From contig JAITRB010000007.1 of NCBI GenBank assembly GCA_031288595.1, positions 1-32,000 on the forward strand: a stretch of DNA of 32,000 nucleotides, given 5' to 3'. How positions within the stretch are numbered: position 1 is the first letter of the stretch; the number at the start of each line of letters is the position of its first letter. Below are positions 17,049 to 24,549 of this stretch, in pieces. The notes beneath the pieces were generated by a model, which ran no database searches, had not been told where the DNA came from, and was given only the letters and a program-made list of their open reading frames with translations. Both the position numbers and the translations under genes were made by a program. This stretch comes from Puniceicoccales bacterium (GTDB lineage Bacteria > Verrucomicrobiota > Verrucomicrobiia > Opitutales > JAIRLG01).

Positions 17049-17525
17049 ATGCCGGAGTTCGGGCGGAGAAGGGTCGAGATCCGCAATGGGTGCCGCGCGC
17101 TGAGCTTCGAAGAGCTTTCCGTTTGGCAGGTCTTTCACATCCTCGACGCCGAGGGGGCATTCTACCTACCGGCCGGCGATCTATCTCTGGCATTTGTCTC
17201 CCTCGCCAAACTGCGCGCCCTACATCATCGCCATCTGGCCGAGGATGTCGCAACGGATGTCCTGAGCTTTCCGGGAAATCCAAACTGGTCCTTCGCGGGG
17301 GAGATCGTCGTCGCTCCGGCTGTCGCCCATCGCCGGTGCCGGCATTACGGCACTTCCTTCCCCGAAGAGCTGAGCCTCTACCTCGTCCACGGCTACCTTC
17401 ACCTCTGCGGCCTGGACGACCTCAGGCCGGGCGATGCTGAAAAGATGCGGCGGGCGGAGGAGGACTGCCTGCAACGGCTGCGGAAACGCGGGGCCCTACC
17501 GGAATTCCTCTGGCGAGGGAAATGA
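17049..17525 (+). CDS. ybeY: rRNA maturation endoribonuclease YbeY (start trimmed from the 16899 ORF, which overlaps rpmG)
   Basis: 158 aa with DVLSFP and the metal-site block LVHGYLHLCGLDD (canonical HGxLHLxGYDH). Confidence 0.85.
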   Translation: MPEFGRRRVEIRNGCRALSFEELSVWQVFHILDAEGAFYLPAGDLSLAFVSLAKLRALHHRHLAEDVATDVLSFPGNPNWSFAGEIVVAPAVAHRRCRHYGTSFPEELSLYLVHGYLHLCGLDDLRPGDAEKMRRAEEDCLQRLRKRGALPEFLWRGK

Positions 17526-17601
17526 GCGGAGACGGTGGGCCAAAGTGGTGCAGGAGAGGTGTTGGATTTGGAACAGGTGCTGGATTGAGGTTCGGGAGAA
17601 G

Positions 17602-17700
17602 CCCGCTGCCTTTGGAGCCCCCTGGGCTCCGGCCCGCGCAGCGGGCCTCAAGGGGTCCCGGGGAAATTCTTTCCCCGGGGCCCCTTGTAAAGGCAGCGGG
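17602..17700 (+). repeat. cloverleaf nested-palindrome element, copy 5
   Basis: Closing stem of 12 bp, CCCGCTGCCTTT (17602-17613) with AAAGGCAGCGGG (17689-17700). Hairpins: GGAGCCC-CCT-GGGCTCC (17614-17630); GGCCCGC-GCA-GCGGGCC (17631-17647); AAGGGGTCCCGGGGAAA-TTC-TTTCCCCGGGGCCCCTT (17650-17686). Confidence 0.85.
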
Positions 17701-17804
17701 AAGGGTTTGCTGGGGCGTTTGGGGTTAGCGCAGCGCTCGACGGAATGGCTGCTGCATCCGGCAGGAGGACTGTCGCATTGGGTGGATTGCCCCGGGGAAG
17801 GGTT

Positions 17805-19817
17805 TTATTCGAGGGCCGACAGAAGGGGTGTAGTGGCATCGAGCTCACCCGATTGTTGCCGCTCTTCGATCTGGCCGTTTTTCAGGGCGATGGAGATGGA
17901 GGTACTCAGGATATGGGGGTGAAAAGCGGCCTCTTGGTCATCCTGGGCACCTGAATGGAGAATGGCGATGAGGGAGAGTTCGGCCCCGAGAAGAGGGTAG
18001 AGCCTCTCCTCGAGCGCCGAGGCATCGATCCCGACGAAGGCGAGAAATTCCGGATCATGGGGGAAGGTGCCGATCTTCGGGTCGCGGGCGTTGAGCCGGC
18101 GGTGGGTCGCGAGACAGTCGCGGAAAGCATCGGCGGTTTTTAGGAAATTTCGGCCCGAAGCGGTTCTGAAAACGCTCCGCTCCAGCTCATCGGCAATCGC
18201 TGCGATGCTCCGGGCCCGTTCCGGATCGATGGGGATTTCTTCCGGTCGTAGGTCACCCTTGGCGAGCCGCAGGGCTTCTTCCCAGTCGAAGGACGGATCC
18301 ATCCAGTTCTGCAGATCCTCGGTCGTAATACGCCTAGGCTCCGAAGCGATCTGGGAGGATATTTGGGTATAGATCAGTATGGGCGATGGGCGTCTTCGGG
18401 ATGAATGTCTATACCTGCGAGGAGGATTTAGGCATTCCTCCGGAACGGAGCGCTTGGCCGGCGACAGATCGAGGCCCTCTAGGGCTTCAAAGCTGGTGCT
18501 CATGGCCAGGCGATGCGCATGGTTGCAGATACCGGCAAAGCCCTGGGGCGTGATCATCTCATAGCGGAAGAAGGGAGAAATAAGGAGGAATTTGATGTAG
18601 TGCCAGTAGAGGCTCTTGTGCGGCTCGTCTTTGGACACCTGGAGGATCTCGTCCTGGGCGTCATTCGACGGCAGGCGTGCCCGTTCCGCCACTCTGTCGA
18701 AGCGCTTCGGATCGAATTGTGCCCGGAGCTTTTTGTAGAACAGCATCCGATAGTGATGGGATACATCCGCCTGGATGGCCCGATGGATGGCATCGGAGAT
18801 GGAGACGATGGCTGGGGTTCCCACGTGGACGTAGCCCTGAAAGGCGGCGAGGGTGACGAGGTCGCGGTGGACGAAGAGGCGTAGGAGATTGCGCTGTCCG
18901 ACGTAGCGCTCGAAGGCCTTTCGGGACTTGCAGCCGGCCAGGACCATGGGTGAGGAGAGGGCGAAACAGAAGAAGCGCGGCGTGCGTTGGTTGTCGAAGT
19001 CGTCCCCGAAGAGCCGCTGTCCGTAGGTATGGATTAGCAGCGGCGTCAATAGGGTCGCGAGACCGGCTCCTTGGCTATGGCCCATACAGACAAAGCGGAT
19101 ACGATCGCGTTCCTCCCGTGGGATATGGAGGATCACGTCCCGAAGATCCCTCTGGAGGTTCCAGAAAAAGTTCTGGATCTTTTGGGCATAGCCCGCGTGC
19201 ACGAAGCCATCGATGCCCATGCTGTCGGCGGTGATGCGCCGTTTGGCAGCGAAAAAATTGTCCATCCAAGTGGGGCCGAAGATGCCGTGGGCGGATTGGA
19301 AGAGTTCGCCCTGAGAGCCGCGGAGAACGATGGCGATCACGTGCAGGCCCTGATTTTGGGTATAGGCGACGAAACCGGGGAAATCGATTTCGGCGGCTGT
19401 GACATCGCCACCCGCGCAGCAGCAGGAGCAACAGTTCAGGAGGCAGTGCAGACAGGATTGATAGCAGCCTTCGGCCCGTATCGCTCCCTGTGTTCCGGCA
19501 AAATTCTGTCGGCACTGCCAGACGTGTTCCCCGATCTCCACCTGGGCCTGCATCATCTCTGCCGGCAGGCGGTAGGTCGTGCGATCGCTGCGCTTCGTCG
19601 CATTGTAGCTGCGCTTGACGAGGTACAGGAAATCGGGAACGAGCTCCTGGAACCACGGGGCGATGCCGAGCGTCGGCTCTTGTGTCATCGGGTCGAGACT
19701 CTCATCGATGACGTGGATCAGGGGCGACGTGTCATCCCACACATAATCCGCCTGAGCCAGTGCTGTCCCTTCTAGGCATAAACAGGCGATGCCTCCGATA
19801 AATCGCAAATTGCCCAT
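17805..19817 (-). CDS. secreted class-3 lipase-like alpha/beta hydrolase with an unknown ~350-aa C-terminal region
   Basis: Start set at ATG 19817, five nt after AAGGAGG; the ORF-track start at 19856 lacks an RBS. Signal-peptide-like MGNLRFIGGIACLCLEGTALAQA. The Lipase_3 pattern reads AIVLRGS ... VHAGY ... RFVCMGHSQGAGLATLL, with the nucleophile Ser in GHSQG. Confidence 0.8.
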   Translation of the reverse strand: MGNLRFIGGIACLCLEGTALAQADYVWDDTSPLIHVIDESLDPMTQEPTLGIAPWFQELVPDFLYLVKRSYNATKRSDRTTYRLPAEMMQAQVEIGEHVWQCRQNFAGTQGAIRAEGCYQSCLHCLLNCCSCCCAGGDVTAAEIDFPGFVAYTQNQGLHVIAIVLRGSQGELFQSAHGIFGPTWMDNFFAAKRRITADSMGIDGFVHAGYAQKIQNFFWNLQRDLRDVILHIPREERDRIRFVCMGHSQGAGLATLLTPLLIHTYGQRLFGDDFDNQRTPRFFCFALSSPMVLAGCKSRKAFERYVGQRNLLRLFVHRDLVTLAAFQGYVHVGTPAIVSISDAIHRAIQADVSHHYRMLFYKKLRAQFDPKRFDRVAERARLPSNDAQDEILQVSKDEPHKSLYWHYIKFLLISPFFRYEMITPQGFAGICNHAHRLAMSTSFEALEGLDLSPAKRSVPEECLNPPRRYRHSSRRRPSPILIYTQISSQIASEPRRITTEDLQNWMDPSFDWEEALRLAKGDLRPEEIPIDPERARSIAAIADELERSVFRTASGRNFLKTADAFRDCLATHRRLNARDPKIGTFPHDPEFLAFVGIDASALEERLYPLLGAELSLIAILHSGAQDDQEAAFHPHILSTSISIALKNGQIEERQQSGELDATTPLLSALE

Positions 19818-19888
19818 ACATCCCTCCTTGAAGCTAGAATAGCTCCGTACTTGCACCTGGCAAATGCGCTAGATGTGTATTCCTTTTC

Positions 19889-19918
19889 ATTATCGTTGGG
19901 TATAAGGAAAATTGCTAA
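19889..19918 (-). promoter_or_regulatory. possible sigma70-type promoter of the lipase-like gene
   Basis: The minus strand reads TTAGCA (19918-19913), 18 nt, GATAAT (19894-19889). It lies in an AT-richer stretch about 70 nt upstream of the ATG. Confidence 0.35.
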
Positions 19919-20095
19919 CTATTCCGCTGCCTGTTTCTGTAAGCTGTAATTCCCTTTATTTCTAGCTCTTCCATCACTTCTTGGGTTACTAGGAATGCCC
20001 TTGGTAAAAGGTCACTGGGAGGCTGTCCTTTCTGAGGAGTAGCGGCGATACGCCCTTGACCCATCGAGAGCACTTCTCTTTGATAGCCTCCAGTA

Positions 20096-20180
20096 GCTCA
20101 GGTGGTGAAATTGGCAGACACGCTGTCTTCAGGCGGCAGTGCCGTGAGGCATAGGGGTTCGAGTCCCCTCCTGAGCACCA
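20096..20180 (+). tRNA. tRNA-Leu (anticodon CAG), type II with long variable arm, CCA encoded
   Basis: GCTCAGGTGGTGAAATTGGCAGACACGCTGTCTTCAGGCGGCAGTGCCGTGAGGCATAGGGGTTCGAGTCCCCTCCTGAGCACCA. Anticodon loop TTCAGGC; variable-arm stem TGCC/GGCA. A TTGACC box lies at 20056-20061 upstream. Confidence 0.9.
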
Positions 20181-20225
20181 GAGAATCCCCAGTCCTAGCG
20201 TTGGGGCAGCGTTTCCTTCTTCCTA

Positions 20226-20328
20226 GCTTCGCCGCCTTGGCGATGGGAGGGAAAGGAAGGTTTTCTTTCCCTCCCATCGCGGCCCGCAAAGCGGGCCTAG
20301 GCCCTACGGGCCCCCAAGGCGGCGAAGC
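20226..20328 (-). repeat. cloverleaf nested-palindrome element, copy 6 (inverted orientation)
   Basis: Closing stem of 15 bp, GCTTCGCCGCCTTGG (20226-20240) with CCAAGGCGGCGAAGC (20314-20328). On the plus strand the order is long hairpin (20241-20279, 18 bp), GGCCCGC-AAA-GCGGGCC (20281-20297), then GGCCC-TAC-GGGCC (20300-20312). The short-short-long order is therefore read on the minus strand. Confidence 0.85.
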
Positions 20329-20754
20329 AGGCATGCATTGCGAGGACTGAGAGGCAGCGGCCAGAAAGCTCAGCTTTACTCTCCTTCACGGACAAAATCT
20401 TTCCCCCGTCTTGCTGGTGGAGCTATAGCTTAGAAGCAAGCTGCGGATACGTGTTCACTGTCTGGTTTATTTTTCTCCGGTGCGGCGCGATCAGGACGGC
20501 GAGGGATAGAGGACCTAGGGCTTTGCTCTTTTCTCGCCGTGTCCTGACGAGGGCAGGGCGCCGCTAGGACCCGATGGATAGATTTGCATCCTCGCGAAGG
20601 AGAAAATTGGGCGGGGCCCAGGCTGAATGTAGTCTTCCGGAGAAAAAAGCCCTTATATCACTAGGATTGAAAGGACTGAAGATGTTTTTTTTTGACTTAT
20701 CGAAGGGATTTCGTTACTCCTCGGGGCTATTGGTTGGCAACTAAGAGGATTTTC

Positions 20755-21852
20755 ATGATCCTGAAAGTTTTAGCGTCGAGGTATTTGGGGATAGCTGCGC
20801 TGGTCACAGGGGTGCTGCTCGTGCTGAAATCGCCCTGGCCAGAAGAAGATGGCTATGAGCTGAGGGCCCTGGAGCAATCGCCGTCGGCGGTGACCGCAGC
20901 TACCACATCTAATCTGAGGGAAGAAGCGTCGGTATCCAGAGAGGCCGAAGAGGGAAACTTATCTCTGAAAAGTTCAGCCCTGAGCCCAGAGGGCTTTTTG
21001 ACGGATACCGTGCTCATGGGCTGGCTCGTCTCTTGGGGACTGATCTGGCTCATGCGCAAACTATTTCGGGAACCGACGCTCCTCCCGTCGCGGCGGCAGG
21101 TGGCGGTGGAATTCATCATCGATGGCCTGAAGGGTCTTCTGGAACCGATTGTCGGCAAAGCGGCCCTGAGCTATGCTTTTCCGGCCCTGCTGGCCTATTT
21201 TTTCTTCATCTTGTTCCACAACTGGAGCGGTTTTTTTCCTGGAGTTTCCTCCATCGGCCTTCAGGAAGGAGGGCGCTTTCTTCCATTCCTGCGACCGATG
21301 AACTCCGATCTGAATGCAACCCTGGGAATCGCCCTGGTCTCGATGGTCGTTTGGGGCTACTGCGTCGCGAAATGTGCTGGATTACAGGGCTTTTGCGAAG
21401 AGACTTTTGGCAACAAGGCAGAGCGAGCAGGCATCCCTTTCTTCATCTACCACGCGCTGACCTTCATCTTTCTCGCCGTAGGCTGCATTGAGTGCATCTC
21501 CATTCTCTTTCGGCCGGTCTCCCTCTCGTTCCGGCTCTTCGGCAATGTCTTCGGCGGAGAAACCCTGCTGCATCACATGTACGGTTTCGGGGAATTCCTG
21601 AGCTCGGGAGGCTTTGGCCAGACATCTCTCTACGCTTTGCTGGCTAAAATTTCCTCTGGCATGGCCGATGGGATAAATCTTTTTCTCTCCTGGGCAGGTT
21701 ACTTTCTCCCGCTGCCGTTTTATTTCCTGGAGGGCTTGATCGGCCTGATCCAGGCCTTTGTCTTTACTTTGCTAGTCGCCGTTTACATCGGCCTCATCTG
21801 CCATCACGAGGAGGAGGTGCCGACGAATAGTGCGATGGGCGTTCAATCCTGA
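20755..21852 (+). CDS. atpB: F0 ATP synthase subunit a
   Basis: Start set at ATG 20755, six nt after AAGAGGA; the ORF-track TTG at 20692 is less likely. Carries the essential-Arg motif VSLSFRLFGNVFGGE and multiple TM helices. The N-terminal region includes an acidic/Ser-rich insert. Confidence 0.9.
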   Translation: MILKVLASRYLGIAALVTGVLLVLKSPWPEEDGYELRALEQSPSAVTAATTSNLREEASVSREAEEGNLSLKSSALSPEGFLTDTVLMGWLVSWGLIWLMRKLFREPTLLPSRRQVAVEFIIDGLKGLLEPIVGKAALSYAFPALLAYFFFILFHNWSGFFPGVSSIGLQEGGRFLPFLRPMNSDLNATLGIALVSMVVWGYCVAKCAGLQGFCEETFGNKAERAGIPFFIYHALTFIFLAVGCIECISILFRPVSLSFRLFGNVFGGETLLHHMYGFGEFLSSGGFGQTSLYALLAKISSGMADGINLFLSWAGYFLPLPFYFLEGLIGLIQAFVFTLLVAVYIGLICHHEEEVPTNSAMGVQS

Positions 21853-21864
21853 AAAGAAGCAATT

Positions 21865-22095
21865 ATGGTATTATACACATTACACAGTATGGCCGCCATC
21901 ACAGGCGATTTGGCTAAAGGCCTGACCGGTTCCCTGGGCTGTCTGGCTTCAGCCTTCAGCATCGCGATGATCGGGACAAAGGCGGTCGAGTCGGTCGGTC
22001 GCAATCCCGGGGCGGCCGGTAGAATTCTCGTCCAATCCATTCTGGGCATGGCTTTGGCCGAAGCGATTGCCTTTTACGCGCTCTTTTTATCCTGA
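21865..22095 (+). CDS. atpE: F0 ATP synthase subunit c
   Basis: 76-aa two-helix hairpin with the loop GRNPGAAG and the carboxylate helix GMALAEAIAFYALFL. An alternative start lies at 21889. Confidence 0.9.
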   Translation: MVLYTLHSMAAITGDLAKGLTGSLGCLASAFSIAMIGTKAVESVGRNPGAAGRILVQSILGMALAEAIAFYALFLS

Positions 22096-22184
22096 ATGCG
22101 TCTGGCTTCAGGAATAGAAGGGGACATTTGAAAAGATGGAACTGAGGTCGCTTCGGAGACTTTAGGAACAGGAGCTCTATCTCA

Positions 22185-22748
22185 ATGCTGCTTTTCCCAA
22201 GCACTCCCGTCTTTTTCGCCGTCGGACTCCAAAGTCTGATCGACGTGGTGCAGCGCTTTGGTATCCGCTGGGACTTGCTCCTGCTGCAGAGTGTCAATTT
22301 CATTGCCATGGCGATCGCGCTCTACGCCTTTGCCTTCCGCCCCATCATGAGGATCATGGATGCTCGGCGGGCAAAAATCGCGGAGGGCTTGGCCCAAGCG
22401 GAGGCGGCGACGGGCAAGTGGCAGGAGGCAGAACGGATGAGCCAGCAGATGATCAGGAATGCTGAGGGCAAGGCGCAGCAGATCATGACAGATGCCCGGA
22501 GACAGGCGCAGAACTACGCATCGGAACAGCAAAAGCTGGCTCAGACGCGGGTCGCAGATCTGCTCCAGGAAGCCAGAACGGTCATCGCTCAGGAGCGGGA
22601 ACGGATGCTGGCAGAGATCCGCCATGGGATGAGCGAAATGGTCGCTGATCTGGCGGAACGAGTCTTGGAAAATCAGCTCGGAAGTGCTGAGCGCGAGCAG
22701 TACATGGGCTTGATCAAAGCTCAGCTGGAGAGGAGATCAGTTCCATGA
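22185..22748 (+). CDS. atpF: F0 ATP synthase subunit b
   Basis: One N-terminal TM (NFIAMAIALYAFAF), then RPIMRIMDARRAKIAEGL and a long charged Ala/Gln/Glu/Arg helix, the typical AtpF layout. Its stop overlaps the atpH start (ATGA). Confidence 0.85.
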   Translation: MLLFPSTPVFFAVGLQSLIDVVQRFGIRWDLLLLQSVNFIAMAIALYAFAFRPIMRIMDARRAKIAEGLAQAEAATGKWQEAERMSQQMIRNAEGKAQQIMTDARRQAQNYASEQQKLAQTRVADLLQEARTVIAQERERMLAEIRHGMSEMVADLAERVLENQLGSAEREQYMGLIKAQLERRSVP

Positions 22749-23182
22749 GGACGAAGCGGTCACGGCGGAAAATCGCCGATCTTCTGGCCGAACATTCCTG
22801 GGATCCGCTCCAAGCGGAAAAGCTGTCAGCGGAGCGGGTGGAAGCTGTCCTGAGCGTCATCGGCGAATACCCTCTGGTCGAAGCCTCGCGACTGCGGCAC
22901 CTCTATGGGCATGCCTTAGAAGCGTTCTTCCGCCGCCGCTGCGTGGAGATCGAGTACTGCGGGCCGTACACGGCCCCGTTTTTCGAACGGCTGCGGGATA
23001 GATTTCAGGAGAGAGTGGGTCTGCCGTTGAGCTATGTGGCACGGGAAAATCCCCAGCTGCTCTCCGGTCTCCGCGTGCGCTATGGCGACCACATCTGGTC
23101 GAGAAACGTGAGGGATAATCTCGATGCCTTTCGACGAGCCATTCCGCTAAGGGGGAGCGAATTTCATCCGGAAATGCAGTAA
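22745..23182 (+). CDS. atpH: F1 ATP synthase delta (OSCP) subunit, short form
   Basis: Position after atpF with ATGA coupling. The C-terminal block LLSGLRVRYGDHIWSRNVRDNLDAF matches the delta consensus (l.GG..v..gd...D.S....L..l). At 145 aa it is shorter than the usual ~175. Confidence 0.7.
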   Translation: MRTKRSRRKIADLLAEHSWDPLQAEKLSAERVEAVLSVIGEYPLVEASRLRHLYGHALEAFFRRRCVEIEYCGPYTAPFFERLRDRFQERVGLPLSYVARENPQLLSGLRVRYGDHIWSRNVRDNLDAFRRAIPLRGSEFHPEMQ

Positions 23183-23283
23183 TTCCGATTTGAGAATGTC
23201 CTTCCGAGAAAGCATGACCGTTGCGGGGAGACGAGCCTAGAAAGCTTCTGCCCGTGCCGAGGAGAGGCGCGAGGTCGTTTCTG

Positions 23284-24516
23284 ATGGGGAGAGAGGAGAA
23301 GTTATCTCGCCGAGTTGGGGAGATGAAGTTGGGCCAGAACCATGCCGCCTGGGATGTGATTCAGCCCCTGTGCATGATCGGCTTATTGGCTGTAGGGATC
23401 ACGACGATCTATTCGGCCCAGCTCTGCTTCGATGGCGAGCAGTGGAAAGCGCAGCTCGTCTGGGCGGCCCTCGGCTTTGGCCTCTACCTCGTGGTGGCCC
23501 GCATCGGCTACGAGTTCTACCTGCGTCAGGCCCATTGGCTCTACCTCATAAGCATCGGAGGATTGCTCCTGCTCTGGACACCGCTGGGAGTACATCGCTT
23601 CGGTGCCTTGCGTTGGCTAAAGCTGGGTGCCCTTCGTTTCCAGCCCTCGGAATTGGCCAAGGCGGCGACGCTCTTCCTGGTGGCGAGCATCCTGGCTCGT
23701 TCGGATATCGGAAAGCTGAGGCATTCATGGCCGACGTTGCTGCGGATAGCGGGCCTGTCCTTCCTACCGGCGCTGCTGATCTTTCTCCAGCCCGACCTGG
23801 GTTCCGCACTGGCCTTGCCCCCCATGGTCTTCGCCCTACTCTTCCTCTCGCCCCTCTCGGGGAAATTCTTTCTCAGCGTCCTGGGCATTGCCCTCCTCCT
23901 GCTCTCCGTCGTCACCTGGGATATCTATGCCTATCGCCTCTACCTGGATGCACACCATCTGAATCCTCTGGAGCATAGGGGCCAGTACGAAGCCCGTTCC
24001 TGCTTCCCTCTGAAGGATTATCAGCGGAACCGCATCCTCGCCTTTGTGTCGCCGAAGGTGGTGGATCCGCAGGGCACGGGGATCAGTTGGAACCTGCGCC
24101 AGTCGCTGATGGCGATCGGCTGTGGAGCTTGGAAGGGACGGGGATTCTGCCGGGGAAAGCAGTCGAAGTTGGGCTACCTGCCGCCATCGGTGGCGACGAA
24201 CGATTTCATCTTCTCCGTCCTGGCAGAAGAATGGGGCCTCTTGGGAGGACTGGTTCTGCTCCTGCTCTACGGTTTTCTAGTCGCCGATACCCTGCACGTC
24301 GCCACGCTGGCTCGGGACAGTTTCGGGGCCTTCGTCGCCGTCGGGACCGCCGTCCTGTGGATGATGCACATCGGCATCAACATCGGTATGACCCTAGGCC
24401 TGATGCCCATCACGGGCATACCGCTCCCGTTTGTGAGTTATGGAGGTTCCTTCCTGCTGCTCAGTTGTTTCTTGCAGGGGATAGTCCAGAGTATTTACCA
24501 TTATCGCTTCTACTAA
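23284..24516 (+). CDS. SEDS-family peptidoglycan glycosyltransferase (FtsW/RodA type; subtype not resolved; alternative start at 23323)
   Basis: Multi-TM protein with FQPSELAKAATLF, QPDLGSAL, NDFIFSVLAEEWGLLGG and PITGIPLPFVSYGGS. Confidence 0.9.
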   Translation: MGREEKLSRRVGEMKLGQNHAAWDVIQPLCMIGLLAVGITTIYSAQLCFDGEQWKAQLVWAALGFGLYLVVARIGYEFYLRQAHWLYLISIGGLLLLWTPLGVHRFGALRWLKLGALRFQPSELAKAATLFLVASILARSDIGKLRHSWPTLLRIAGLSFLPALLIFLQPDLGSALALPPMVFALLFLSPLSGKFFLSVLGIALLLLSVVTWDIYAYRLYLDAHHLNPLEHRGQYEARSCFPLKDYQRNRILAFVSPKVVDPQGTGISWNLRQSLMAIGCGAWKGRGFCRGKQSKLGYLPPSVATNDFIFSVLAEEWGLLGGLVLLLLYGFLVADTLHVATLARDSFGAFVAVGTAVLWMMHIGINIGMTLGLMPITGIPLPFVSYGGSFLLLSCFLQGIVQSIYHYRFY

Positions 24517-24549
24517 ACCGTGATGGGATTTTTTGAAAGGGTTTAATTT

